In this document: positions 1 to 8,451 of the stretch, in pieces
Layout: the number at the start of each line of letters is the position of its first letter
Numbering within the stretch: position 1 is the stretch's first letter
NCBI GenBank assembly: GCA_965279305.1
Contig: OZ257143.1
Coordinates: 1,230,001-1,262,000 of the forward strand
DNA: 32,000 nucleotides
Direction of reading: 5' to 3'
Source: Gammaproteobacteria bacterium
GTDB lineage: Bacteria; Pseudomonadota; Gammaproteobacteria; JBIOEC01
The notes under the pieces: generated by a model
Database searches by the model: none
Seen by the model: the letters and a program-made list of their open reading frames with translations, nothing else
Told to the model about the DNA's origin: nothing
Position numbers and translations under genes: made by a program

Positions 1-1962
1 ATTCACTAAAGTTGATTTTCCTGAGCCTGAAACACCCGTAATACAGGTAAATAAACCTAGAGGAAAATCGACACTGATATGATCTAAATTATTTCCGTGA
101 GCGTCATTAATACGCAGCACTTTTTTCTTATCAAACGATGTGCGTTTTTTAGGAATATCAATTTTATAAGCGCCCGTTAAATAAGCCCCTGTCAGCGAGT
201 TAGGGTTTTGCATCACTTCTTCAGGAGTACCTTGAGCTACAATTCTTCCGCCATGAACACCTGCACCTGGGCCTATATCCACGACATAATCAGCTAAACG
301 AATAGTGTCTTCATCATGCTCTACCACAATAACCGTATTCCCTAAATCACGTAGATGGGTAAGCGTTTTTAATAATCGTGCATTATCACGTTGATGTAAA
401 CCAATAGTAGGTTCATCTAAAATATAAAGAACGCCGACTAAACCAGCACCAATTTGGCTGGCCAATCGAATACGTTGTGCTTCACCACCCGATAAGGTTT
501 CTGCTTTTCTTTCTAGCGTTAAATATTGCAAACCTACATTCACTAGAAAACCTAAACGCTCATTAATTTCTTTAGTGACTTTAACGGCAATTTCACCACG
601 ATGACCTGGCAATACTAAGTCAGTAAAAAATTGATGGGCAATGGCAATGGGCATAGCCGTGATTTCTGGCAAACTTTTTTCAGCAATAAATACATTACGA
701 GCTTCTAAGCGTAAGCGTGCGCCATGACAATCAGGGCAGGGTTGTGTGCTTAAATTTTTAGAAAGCTCTTCCCTGACCGCTTCAGATTCTGTTTCATGAT
801 AGCGTCTTTCCATATGAGGAATAATACCTTCAAAAATATCTGAGCGGGTGTAGTTTCCACCGCCTTCATTTTTAAAGGTAAATTTAATAAGTTCATCACC
901 GCTTCCAAATAATAAAACTTGCTGAATTTTTTTAGAAAGTTCATTAAAAGGTTTTTCAATATCAAATTTATAATGCTTGGCCACGGAGCTTAGTAATTGA
1001 AAATAATACATATGTCTTCTATCCCAACCTCGAATAGCACCACCTGCTAGACTGAGTTCAGGGTTAGTCACAATATGAGAAGGATCGAAAAATGTTTTTA
1101 CGCCTAAACCATCGCAAGTAGGGCAGGCACCTACTGGGTTATTAAATGAAAATAATCTAGGTTCTAATTCAGCTAAACTGTAACCGCAATAAGGACATGA
1201 AAATTTTGAAGAAAAAGTAATGGGTTTTAGCTGTAGATCGGGGGGTGCATCCAAAAATTCAATTAACACAATACCATCAGAGAGTTGCACAGCGGTTTCT
1301 AATGATTCGGCTAAACGTAAACGATTTTCAGGATTGATTTTTAAGCGATCGACTACTACTTCGATAGTATGTTTTTTACGTAAATCTAGAGCAGGAGCGT
1401 ACATTAATTCAGTAATATTTCCGTCAATTCGGGCGCGTACAAATCCTTTTCGGTTCAAATCTTTTAATAATTCTACATGCTCCCCTTTGCGCTCTTTCAC
1501 CACAGGCGCCATTACCATAAATTTAGTATCTAAGGGTAAAGCCAACAAATGATCTATCATTTGGCTAATGGTTTGAGCCACTAGAGGAATATGATGTTCG
1601 GGGCAGTGAGGGATCCCTACGCGAGCGTAAAGCAGGCGTAAATAATCATAAATTTCAGTAATAGTACCTACGGTTGAGCGTGGGTTATGAGAAGTGGATT
1701 TTTGCTCTATGGAAATAGCAGGGGAAAGCCCTTCAATATGATCCACATCGGGTTTTTCCATCATGGATAAAAACTGTCTGGCATAAGCCGATAAAGATTC
1801 TACATAACGGCGTTGTCCTTCTGCATATAGCGTATCAAACGCTAAAGAAGACTTCCCAGACCCTGATGGGCCTGTGATAACAATGAGTTTGTCCCGGGGA
1901 AGGGTGAGATCAATGTTCTTTAAATTATGAGTTCGCGCGCCTTGGATAGTGATTGTATGCAT
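1..1962 (-). CDS. uvrA: Excinuclease ABC subunit A (UvrA), first ~654 codons; the 3' end runs off the left window edge
   Basis: Absent from the ORF track because it is open to the window edge. Reverse translation from ATG (1962-1960) gives [64 protein letters not shown], the UvrA N-terminal Walker A region. Codons at 1-60 read [19 protein letters not shown], the second UvrA ATP site. It is divergent from ssb. Confidence 0.95.
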   Translation of the reverse strand, partial: MHTITIQGARTHNLKNIDLTLPRDKLIVITGPSGSGKSSLAFDTLYAEGQRRYVESLSAYARQFLSMMEKPDVDHIEGLSPAISIEQKSTSHNPRSTVGTITEIYDYLRLLYARVGIPHCPEHHIPLVAQTISQMIDHLLALPLDTKFMVMAPVVKERKGEHVELLKDLNRKGFVRARIDGNITELMYAPALDLRKKHTIEVVVDRLKINPENRLRLAESLETAVQLSDGIVLIEFLDAPPDLQLKPITFSSKFSCPYCGYSLAELEPRLFSFNNPVGACPTCDGLGVKTFFDPSHIVTNPELSLAGGAIRGWDRRHMYYFQLLSSVAKHYKFDIEKPFNELSKKIQQVLLFGSGDELIKFTFKNEGGGNYTRSDIFEGIIPHMERRYHETESEAVREELSKNLSTQPCPDCHGARLRLEARNVFIAEKSLPEITAMPIAIAHQFFTDLVLPGHRGEIAVKVTKEINERLGFLVNVGLQYLTLERKAETLSGGEAQRIRLASQIGAGLVGVLYILDEPTIGLHQRDNARLLKTLTHLRDLGNTVIVVEHDEDTIRLADYVVDIGPGAGVHGGRIVAQGTPEEVMQNPNSLTGAYLTGAYKIDIPKKRTSFDKKKVLRINDAHGNNLDHISVDFPLGLFTCITGVSGSGKSTLVN

Positions 1963-2024
1963 AAGTCAGTGTATAGTAGAGTCTTAAAAAGAAGTATGAT
2001 AGCATATTTTAGATTAAGAATTCT

Positions 2025-2053
2025 TTAATAAAATTTTCTGTATTGGATATAAT
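2025..2053 (+). promoter_or_regulatory. Candidate sigma70-type promoter for ssb (TTAATA-17 nt-TATAAT)
   Basis: A perfect TATAAT lies at 2048-2053, 24 nt upstream of the ssb ATG. A weak -35 TTAATA lies at 2025-2030 with a 17-nt spacer. This rests on a motif match only. Confidence 0.35.
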
Positions 2054-2077
2054 AAAAGCGTTTATAAGGAGGATATT

Positions 2078-2557
2078 ATGGCACGAGGCGTTAATAAAGT
2101 AATTATTATCGGAAATTTAGGGGTTGAGCCAGAAGTGCGTCACTTGCCAAGCGGCGGCGCAGTCACTACTCTCAGCATTGCTACCAGCGAAGGCTGGAAA
2201 GACAAACAAACCGGTCAAATGCAAGAACGTACCGAATGGCACCGTGTAGCCATGTTCAACCGCTTGGCTGAAATTGCAGGCCAATACCTTCATAAAGGTT
2301 CTAAAGTGTATGTAGAAGGCAGCCTTCGTACTCGTAAATGGCAAGACAAAAGCGGCCAAGATCGTTATACCACTGAAATCGTAGCGAATACCATGCAAAT
2401 GTTAGATGGCAAAGGCGGCGGTGCGAGTAGCGAAGGGGATTATGAATCTCATGGTCGTGCTGATCGCTCAAGTGGAGATGCTCAACGCGGATCGGCTCAA
2501 CCGGCTTACGAAAATGCTCCTCAAATGGAAGATTTTGACGACGATATCCCGTTCTAA
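2078..2557 (+). CDS. ssb: Single-stranded DNA-binding protein
   Basis: The N-terminus [20 protein letters not shown] is an OB fold. It is followed by a Gly/Ser/Gln-rich linker and the canonical acidic tail DFDDDIPF. An AAGGAGG RBS lies 6 nt upstream. Confidence 0.97.
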   Translation: MARGVNKVIIIGNLGVEPEVRHLPSGGAVTTLSIATSEGWKDKQTGQMQERTEWHRVAMFNRLAEIAGQYLHKGSKVYVEGSLRTRKWQDKSGQDRYTTEIVANTMQMLDGKGGGASSEGDYESHGRADRSSGDAQRGSAQPAYENAPQMEDFDDDIPF

Positions 2558-2581
2558 ATGTAACAATACACGGAGGTTAAT

Positions 2582-2932
2582 GTGAAAATTTTATTAGTAG
2601 AAGATACCCAACTACCCGCTATGATGGCATCTAAAATGCTAAAAGAAGCGGGTCATATGGTGGATTTGGTGAACACCGGAGCTGATGCTATTGCAAAAGC
2701 CGGTGCACAGCCTTATGAAATCATTTTCATGGATATTGGTTTGCCTGATATGGAAGGTTTTGATGCGGCCAAAAAAATTCTGGAAGTAGTACCAAACGCA
2801 AAAATAATTGGTTTAACTGCGCATTCGATTGATGGAGATTATCGCAAAAAAGCTTTGTGGAATGGTTTCACTGACATTATTGCGAAACCTCTCAGCAAAG
2901 ATTATGTAGAAAAACTACAAGCTTTATTGTAG
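2582..2932 (+). CDS. Single-domain CheY-like response-regulator receiver (no output domain)
   Basis: GTG start preceded by GGAGG. The 116-aa product carries receiver signatures: LLVEDT acidic pocket, phospho-acceptor Asp in IIFMDIGLPDMEG (D51), GLTAH Thr and the AKP Lys. No histidine kinase gene is adjacent. Confidence 0.85.
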   Translation: MKILLVEDTQLPAMMASKMLKEAGHMVDLVNTGADAIAKAGAQPYEIIFMDIGLPDMEGFDAAKKILEVVPNAKIIGLTAHSIDGDYRKKALWNGFTDIIAKPLSKDYVEKLQALL

Positions 2933-3745
2933 ATTAATTGCTAATTCTTTCATTAAAGCGGTTAGCTTAGGCTCTGCTTCTTGCGCGCAGCGAATAATCT
3001 TTTGTATATCAACTGGCTCTAAAGTATCAGCCACGCATTTATCAGTGACTACCGAAATACCTAATACTTTTAATCCTGCATGCACAGCCACAATCACTTC
3101 TGGTACGGTAGACATACCCACAAGATCAGAAAATGTAGCTAACCAGCGATATTCGGCTCGTGTTTCTAAACAAGGGCCTGTTACCCCTACATACACTCCT
3201 TTTTTAATAGGAATTTGTTTTTCGCGTGCAATCTTTTCAATCATGGTTATCAATTCTTTTGAATAAGGTTCGATCATATCCGGCCAACGTGGTCCTAGGC
3301 GATCATCATTTTTTCCAATCAAAGGATTATCACCGGTAAAATTAATATGATCTTGAATAACCACTAAATCACCTGGATCGTAACTAGGATTCATGCCACC
3401 GGCTGCATTCGAAATTAATAAATATTCAATACCTAAGGCTTTCATCACGCGTACTGGAAATGTCACTTGTTGTTGTGTGTAACCTTCATAACGATGAAAA
3501 CGGCCTTTCATGGCCACTACAGGTGTATCGCCTAATGTTCCAAATACTAATTCTCCCGCATGAGTTTCAACCGTTGAAACTGGAAAATGAGGAATAGTTT
3601 CATAAGAAACAGTAACAGGATTGCTAATTTCTTTGGCAAGCGCGCCTAAACCCGTGCCTAAAATAATACCTACACGTGGAGTGCTATTAGTAGATTTTCT
3701 AATATGGTTGACTGCGTCTTGAATATTTTCAAATAAATCACTCAT
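2924..3745 (-). CDS. Purine nucleoside phosphorylase, trimeric PunA / human-PNP family; last gene of the mtn operon and a possible 5'-methylthioadenosine phosphorylase
   Basis: The product can be aligned by eye with human PNP: GTGLG phosphate loop, HAGELVFG, GRFHRYEGY, NAAGG, GPCLETRAE (Glu201 equivalent) and GMSTVPEV. Its 3' end overlaps the convergent receiver gene by 9 nt. Confidence 0.9.
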   Translation of the reverse strand: MSDLFENIQDAVNHIRKSTNSTPRVGIILGTGLGALAKEISNPVTVSYETIPHFPVSTVETHAGELVFGTLGDTPVVAMKGRFHRYEGYTQQQVTFPVRVMKALGIEYLLISNAAGGMNPSYDPGDLVVIQDHINFTGDNPLIGKNDDRLGPRWPDMIEPYSKELITMIEKIAREKQIPIKKGVYVGVTGPCLETRAEYRWLATFSDLVGMSTVPEVIVAVHAGLKVLGISVVTDKCVADTLEPVDIQKIIRCAQEAEPKLTALMKELAINLQ

Positions 3746-3752
3746 AGTGTTC

Positions 3753-4757
3753 TCACTTGTGCTTAGTGTATTGAGTAAAATCGGTATAAACCCCTGAATC
3801 TAAAATCCACGCTGTCACTAACTCTGCAGGAGTGACATCAAATGATGGATTATAAACAGGCGTATCTTCATGTGCCCATTGAGTATGCGCATATCCTTTT
3901 ACTTCATGGGAAGCGCGTTGTTCAATAGGAATGGCTTTTCCATTAGGGCATTTTAAATCGACAGTGGTTTGCGGAGCCACTACATAAAATGGAATATGAT
4001 GATGTTTGCATAATACTGCTAAACTATAGGTTCCAATTTTATTAGCAAAATCACCATTCGCTGCAATACGATCAGATCCTACCAATACTTTATTAATTTT
4101 ACCTTGTTGCATTAAGCTAGCAGCCATATTGTCACAATTTAAGGTATAGGGAACTCCATTCTTTTTTAATTCCCAGGTAGTTAAGCGTGCACCTTGCAAT
4201 AAAGGTCTGGTTTCATCTACATAGACATGAATATTTTTTCCTTGCTGATGTGCAAGCAAAATAACACCAAAAGCGGTTCCGTTTCCTGCAGTAGCTAATG
4301 CGCCAGTATTGCAATGAGTTAGTAATGTATCACCAGAATTAATCAGAGCAGCACCATGCTCTCCCATTTTTTTACACAAAATAATATCTTCTTCAAATAA
4401 GTCTTCTGCTTCTTTAATCACTGCTGATTTATCGAAAGGAGAATGTGAAATCACTTCTATCATTTTATCCATGCAATACATTAAATTAACTGCAGTAGGA
4501 CGCGCTGCTCTTAATGTATTTGCTGCTTCTATTAGTTTTTTCTGATCGATATTTTTTTCAAGTAGAACGGCGAGTAAAAGTGCTGCCGAAATGCCAATGA
4601 GGGGTGCGCCTCGAATAGCAAGTGATTGAATAAGTTCCACCATTTTCTCAACGGTATCACAGAGTATCCATTTTTCAGCGTGAGGAAGTTCGCGTTGATC
4701 CAGGATCCATAACTCATTGTTTTCATAACGTAAAGCAGTGGATTTCAGTGTTTTCAT
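3753..4757 (-). CDS. mtnA: Methylthioribose-1-phosphate isomerase
   Basis: eIF-2B-related MtnA signatures are present: LWILDQRELPH, AIRGAPLIG, CNTGALAT and VGSDRIAANGD. It sits within the mtn operon. Confidence 0.9.
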   Translation of the reverse strand: MKTLKSTALRYENNELWILDQRELPHAEKWILCDTVEKMVELIQSLAIRGAPLIGISAALLLAVLLEKNIDQKKLIEAANTLRAARPTAVNLMYCMDKMIEVISHSPFDKSAVIKEAEDLFEEDIILCKKMGEHGAALINSGDTLLTHCNTGALATAGNGTAFGVILLAHQQGKNIHVYVDETRPLLQGARLTTWELKKNGVPYTLNCDNMAASLMQQGKINKVLVGSDRIAANGDFANKIGTYSLAVLCKHHHIPFYVVAPQTTVDLKCPNGKAIPIEQRASHEVKGYAHTQWAHEDTPVYNPSFDVTPAELVTAWILDSGVYTDFTQYTKHK

Positions 4758-4762
4758 GAGTA

Positions 4763-5308
4763 TTATTTCACCAATTCAAGTAGAGGAAATTTTTTAGCAA
4801 TATCAGATCCGGTATATTGTGCAACCCAGCCTGTTGGATTATTAAAAAAACGAATAGCAGTAAAAGTAGGGTGTTCGCTCATATCAAACCAATGAGGAAT
4901 TCCTGCTGGAACACTGATTAAATCATTTTTGCAGCACAGTGTGGCATAAACTTTATTGCCAATATGTAAAGTAAATAATCCTTGGCCTTCTACAAAAAAC
5001 CGAATTTCATCTTCAGTATGTATATGCTCTGATAAAAATTTTTCTCTCAGTGCTTTTTTGTCTGGATGATTTGAGTTTAAACTCACAACATCTACGCTTA
5101 AATAACCACCTTCTTGAACAAAGTGATCAATTTCCGTTTTATAAGCTAATAAAATATCATCGTTGCTCATGCCAGTATGAAGATGATGAGGGGCTGGCCA
5201 GCGTTTAAATAAAACACCAACGGCATTTAATTCTTGAGTAATTTGATCAGCATTTTCAGTATAGCTAATAAGCTCTCCCGATTCATGGAAAATAGATAAT
5301 GTACTCAT
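4763..5308 (-). CDS. mtnD: Acireductone dioxygenase (ARD)
   Basis: Strong resemblance to Klebsiella ARD: ALREKFLSEHIHTEDEIRFFVEGQGLF, NDLISVPAGIPHWFDM and FTAIRFFNNPTGWVAQYTG (cupin His ligands). Confidence 0.92.
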   Translation of the reverse strand: MSTLSIFHESGELISYTENADQITQELNAVGVLFKRWPAPHHLHTGMSNDDILLAYKTEIDHFVQEGGYLSVDVVSLNSNHPDKKALREKFLSEHIHTEDEIRFFVEGQGLFTLHIGNKVYATLCCKNDLISVPAGIPHWFDMSEHPTFTAIRFFNNPTGWVAQYTGSDIAKKFPLLELVK

Positions 5309-5982
5309 ATCTTGATCTCCTTGAAAGTATTGACTACGGGATGATTGCTAATAGAATGAATAGCATCTTCTCTAATAAGTCCTATCACTTTCATTCCTGC
5401 TTCGCGTGCTGCATCTAATTCAGCAGGTGCATCAGAGAGAAATAAAATATTTTCAGGCGAAATATGTAATGTTCGTGCTATTTTTTCATAGGCTTCTTTA
5501 GTGTTTTTGGCACCAGTAGTGGTATCAAAAAAACCAGAAAACAGAGGAGTGAGATCGCCTGCTGCGGTATGCGCAAATAACAATTTTTGTGCAAGCACTG
5601 ATCCAGAAGAAAATATCGCTAATATGCAACCTTGTTGATGCCATAATTTTAATTGTTCAATTGCATCTAAATAAACCAGGCCTTCGATCTCGCCTTTTTT
5701 ATATCCGGCTTCCCAAATAAAACCTTGTAAAGTTTTTAGTGGAGTAATTTTTTTATCTTCTTTTATCCATTGCAAAAACTGGTCAATCAGATCATTTACA
5801 GATAATTCTTTATTATTCAGCAATTCTCTGGCTTCATTTAAGATGGCAATAACAGCAGGATTGTCTTGGTTTTCGGTAACATAATGGGGGAGATGTTGAT
5901 AAGCATAAGGAAACAACCCGTCTTTTACAAAGCTAAGAGGTGTAGTGGTGCCTTCAATATCGGTGATAATCGCTTTAATCAT
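5305..5982 (-). CDS. mtnC: Enolase-phosphatase E1 (HAD family)
   Basis: The N-terminus MIKAIITDIEGTTTPLSFVKDGLFPYA is the classic MtnC/E1 HAD motif I. It has 4-nt ATGA-type overlaps with both neighbouring genes. Confidence 0.9.
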   Translation of the reverse strand: MIKAIITDIEGTTTPLSFVKDGLFPYAYQHLPHYVTENQDNPAVIAILNEARELLNNKELSVNDLIDQFLQWIKEDKKITPLKTLQGFIWEAGYKKGEIEGLVYLDAIEQLKLWHQQGCILAIFSSGSVLAQKLLFAHTAAGDLTPLFSGFFDTTTGAKNTKEAYEKIARTLHISPENILFLSDAPAELDAAREAGMKVIGLIREDAIHSISNHPVVNTFKEIKI

Positions 5983-6626
5983 GATTTACATTGTAGACGT
6001 TCTAGCTCACAAGCGAATAAAAACTCATAAGCTTCTAAATGATTTTTGGCTTCTTTCATATTTTGTCCCCAGCAATAGCAGCCGTGGCCTCGGACCAGAA
6101 AGGCTTGGGTGTCTTTTAAACGCTCCCATGAGTTTTTTACTTGGGCAGCCAAGACAGCCATATCCTGTGAGTTATCAAAAATAGGGACTTCAATTTTGGT
6201 TTCATGCGTATTTACGCCGCGGATGGCTTTTAGCATTTCATAACCGTTTAGAAGTAGGGCAGGGGCTTTAATTTGCAAGGAAAGTACTGTATTGGGCACG
6301 GAATGCACATGTAATACAGCCCCAATACTAGGATCTAGGCTATAAAGGGCGGTATGTAATAAGGTTTCATCAGAGGGTTTGCGAGTAGATCCTACCACCT
6401 CCCCTTGAAAATCCACCGCTAAAATATCCTCTATTTTCATAGCGCCTTTGTTTGCGCCAGAGGCACTAATGGCAGCATGCTGCTCATCTAGGCGGGCTGA
6501 GAAATTTCCGCCATTGGCAGGGCACCATCCGCGCTCTGCGGCATAATGTCCAATAGTGGTCACTTCGACTGCTTTTTCTTTGAAAAGAACGGTTTGATTT
6601 ATCATAAAATAGATAGGATTAATCAA
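5979..6626 (-). CDS. mtnB: Methylthioribulose-1-phosphate dehydratase (class II aldolase/adducin fold)
   Basis: ERGWCPANGGNFSARL and LHVHS are metal-binding His motifs typical of MtnB. The start is uncertain: the ORF-track start at 6626 is a TTG only 6 nt from the tRNA 3' end. The first ATG is at 6605 (MINQTVLF...). Neither has a clear SD. Confidence 0.85.
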   Translation of the reverse strand: MINPIYFMINQTVLFKEKAVEVTTIGHYAAERGWCPANGGNFSARLDEQHAAISASGANKGAMKIEDILAVDFQGEVVGSTRKPSDETLLHTALYSLDPSIGAVLHVHSVPNTVLSLQIKAPALLLNGYEMLKAIRGVNTHETKIEVPIFDNSQDMAVLAAQVKNSWERLKDTQAFLVRGHGCYCWGQNMKEAKNHLEAYEFLFACELERLQCKS

Positions 6627-6632
6627 GTTATA

Positions 6633-6709
6633 TGGTGGCTATGGGTGGACTCGAACCACCGACCTCGGCATTATGAGTGCCACGCTCTAACCAGCTGAGC
6701 TACATAGCC
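6633..6709 (-). tRNA. tRNA-Met (anticodon CAT), elongator type, with encoded CCA
   Basis: The reverse complement folds as a perfect 77-nt cloverleaf: GGCTATG-TA-GCTC-AGCTGGTTA-GAGC-G-TGGCA-CTCATAA-TGCCG-AGGTC-GGTGG-TTCGAGT-CCACC-CATAGCC-A-CCA. The G1-C72 pair and the GGCTA acceptor resemble the E. coli elongator Met tRNA rather than the initiator or the tRNA-Ile2 (lysidine) type. Confidence 0.92.
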
Positions 6710-6723
6710 AAAACAGAACGGCT

Positions 6724-6752
6724 ATTATCGTGATTTTCTGTTCTTTAATCAA
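6724..6752 (-). promoter_or_regulatory. Candidate sigma70 promoter for tRNA-Met (TTGATT-17 nt-GATAAT)
   Basis: On the minus strand, TTGATT (6752-6747) is followed by a 17-nt spacer and GATAAT (6729-6724). The -10 ends 14 nt upstream of the mature tRNA 5' end. This rests on a motif match only. Confidence 0.45.
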
Positions 6753-6826
6753 GCACGGATTATGTATGCTACCTATTAATGGCCAATTTCTTGTAGCAGT
6801 CACAAGAATTGTTAGATCCGCTTAAC

Positions 6827-6855
6827 TTGTATCCTTGACTGAAATCCGGTAAACT
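6827..6855 (+). promoter_or_regulatory. Candidate promoter for the rpsF operon (TTGTAT-17 nt-TAAACT)
   Basis: Both hexamers match consensus at 4/6 with a 17-nt spacer. This promoter would give a ~70-nt leader before the rpsF ATG. Weak. Confidence 0.25.
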
Positions 6856-6930
6856 AGCCCATTCGTTTTATCCTTGCTGCACCATCTGGACGTTCTTGGT
6901 GGGTGGCATTAACCGTAAGGAGCCTTAAAT

Positions 6931-7257
6931 ATGCGTCATTATGAGATTATTTTCTTAGTTCACCCTGATCAGAGCGAGCAAGTGCCTGCTATGATTGATC
7001 GTTATAAAGCGATTGTTTCTACCCGTAAAGGGCTAGTTCATCGCCTAGAAGACTGGGGTAGACGTCAGTTAGCCTATTCAATCAACAAAGTTCATAAAGG
7101 TCATTATGTACTGATGAACATTGAATGCGATCAAGAAACACTACAAGAACTAGAACATGCGTTTCGTTTTAACGACGCGGTGCTACGTAACATGGTGATT
7201 CGCTGTGATCGCGCTATTACTGAGCCTTCTCCGTTATTGAAGAAAGAAGAAGAGTAG
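6931..7257 (+). CDS. rpsF: 30S ribosomal protein S6
   Basis: [25 protein letters not shown]...[12 protein letters not shown] matches S6, and the protein ends in an acidic C-terminal tail. A TAAGGAG RBS is present. Confidence 0.97.
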   Translation: MRHYEIIFLVHPDQSEQVPAMIDRYKAIVSTRKGLVHRLEDWGRRQLAYSINKVHKGHYVLMNIECDQETLQELEHAFRFNDAVLRNMVIRCDRAITEPSPLLKKEEE

Positions 7258-7301
7258 TAAGTGTCTTGTCTTTAATTAATTAAATATAATGAGGTCAGTG
7301 T

Positions 7302-7538
7302 ATGTCTACAACAGGAACAGGTTTTAATCGTCGCAAGAAGTATTGCAAATTTACATCATCTGGTACAGATGATATTGACTATAAAGATCCCGTTATCAAG
7401 GGTTATGTCTCTGAAACGGGGCAAATCGTTCCTAGCCGTATTACCGGAACTAGCGCGCGGTTTCAGCGTCAGTTGGCAGCAGCTATTAAACGTGCGCGTT
7501 ATATGGCGTTGCTTCCTTTCTGCGATCAACATAAATAG
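7302..7538 (+). CDS. rpsR: 30S ribosomal protein S18
   Basis: RRKKYCKFT...IDYKD...[37 protein letters not shown] matches S18. No priB gene lies between rpsF and rpsR. Confidence 0.97.
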   Translation: MSTTGTGFNRRKKYCKFTSSGTDDIDYKDPVIKGYVSETGQIVPSRITGTSARFQRQLAAAIKRARYMALLPFCDQHK

Positions 7539-7562
7539 GCGATAAACAACTGAGGAACAGCT

Positions 7563-8450
7563 ATGAGCAAATGGCGAAGCTGGACTGAAACATTGTTGAG
7601 TAAGCCATTGTATGCTGCGATGTTTGCAGGGGCATGTATGTTTTTGCCCTTTGTACAATGGGTAGGTTGGGGTTGGATCAGTTTATCCACACTCCGTAAC
7701 GGACTAACCTATGGCTTGTATACCGTATTGGGTGCAGTTGCTGCTATTTTGCTTTTAGTAGGCGGTATTAGCGGCTCCTGGTGGATGGCTTTAGGCCAAA
7801 TAGTGGCACTAGTGATCCCTATTTGGATTTTTAGCCTAGTGTTACGGAATACCGTTTCACTGAGCTTAACTATCCAAGCTATTGCCATCAGTGTATTGGC
7901 TGTTTTTCTGGTCACGTACTTTTTAGACCTGATTAATACCGAAGCACTGACAGCCCGATTAGAGCAATTGTTTACTCAAGGTGCTCCTGCTGATGAAAGC
8001 ACTCAATATAACGTGCAATCATTCTCAGAGCAGTTTGTGGCCAGTTGGCCAGCAGCTTTGTTCTGGGTGTATATTGCTGGGGTGTTTTTGGGTCGTGCGG
8101 CTCAAGCCGCACTGGATAACCCCGGTGGGTTTAGTAAAGAATTTAAAGAGTTACGCCTAAATTATTGGGTAGGCAGTATTTCTTTTGTGTTTGTGGTAGT
8201 GGGTTTTTGGTTACCGGTAACAGTATTGTTGCTAGCGGTAACCGGTATTGTAACCAGCTTGTTAGTGGTAGCCGGTTTAGGTTTGGTGCATTATTATGTA
8301 TCTTTCAGAAAATGGTCAGGTTGGGTATTAGTGGCAGTGTATGCAAGCTTGTTCTTGCTGACCATGGTCATGTTACCTCTCTTAATCGTTTTAGCAGCTG
8401 CAGATAGTGTATTTAATATTCGTAAGCGTTTAACAAAGAGTGAGGCATAA
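7563..8450 (+). CDS. Conserved-position polytopic inner-membrane protein of unknown function inside the rpsF-rpsR-rplI operon
   Basis: The 295-aa product has a GAGGA RBS and about 7-8 hydrophobic helices. Its stop lies 1 nt before the rplI ATG. I recognise no catalytic motif. Confidence 0.8.
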   Translation: MSKWRSWTETLLSKPLYAAMFAGACMFLPFVQWVGWGWISLSTLRNGLTYGLYTVLGAVAAILLLVGGISGSWWMALGQIVALVIPIWIFSLVLRNTVSLSLTIQAIAISVLAVFLVTYFLDLINTEALTARLEQLFTQGAPADESTQYNVQSFSEQFVASWPAALFWVYIAGVFLGRAAQAALDNPGGFSKEFKELRLNYWVGSISFVFVVVGFWLPVTVLLLAVTGIVTSLLVVAGLGLVHYYVSFRKWSGWVLVAVYASLFLLTMVMLPLLIVLAAADSVFNIRKRLTKSEA

Positions 8451-8451
8451 G

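Noticed and set aside
750-1552. ORF-track entries 750-965 (-) and 1220-1552 (+)
   Set aside because: Both lie inside the confidently identified uvrA coding region, in another frame or on the other strand. They have low-complexity or odd composition and no RBS, so they are shadow ORFs.
2031-2056. Possible LexA/SOS box in the uvrA-ssb divergent spacer (CTGTATTGGATATAAT)
   Set aside because: Only the CTGT half-site is present. No ACAG lies 8 nt downstream, so this is not a CTGT-N8-ACAG palindrome. The TATAAT here is better explained as the ssb -10 element.
8440-8451. Upstream GTG start for rplI (MRHKMDVILL...)
   Set aside because: The canonical L9 N-terminus begins at MDVILLQKV. The ATG at 8452 has a properly spaced GTGAGG RBS and avoids overlap with the upstream gene.
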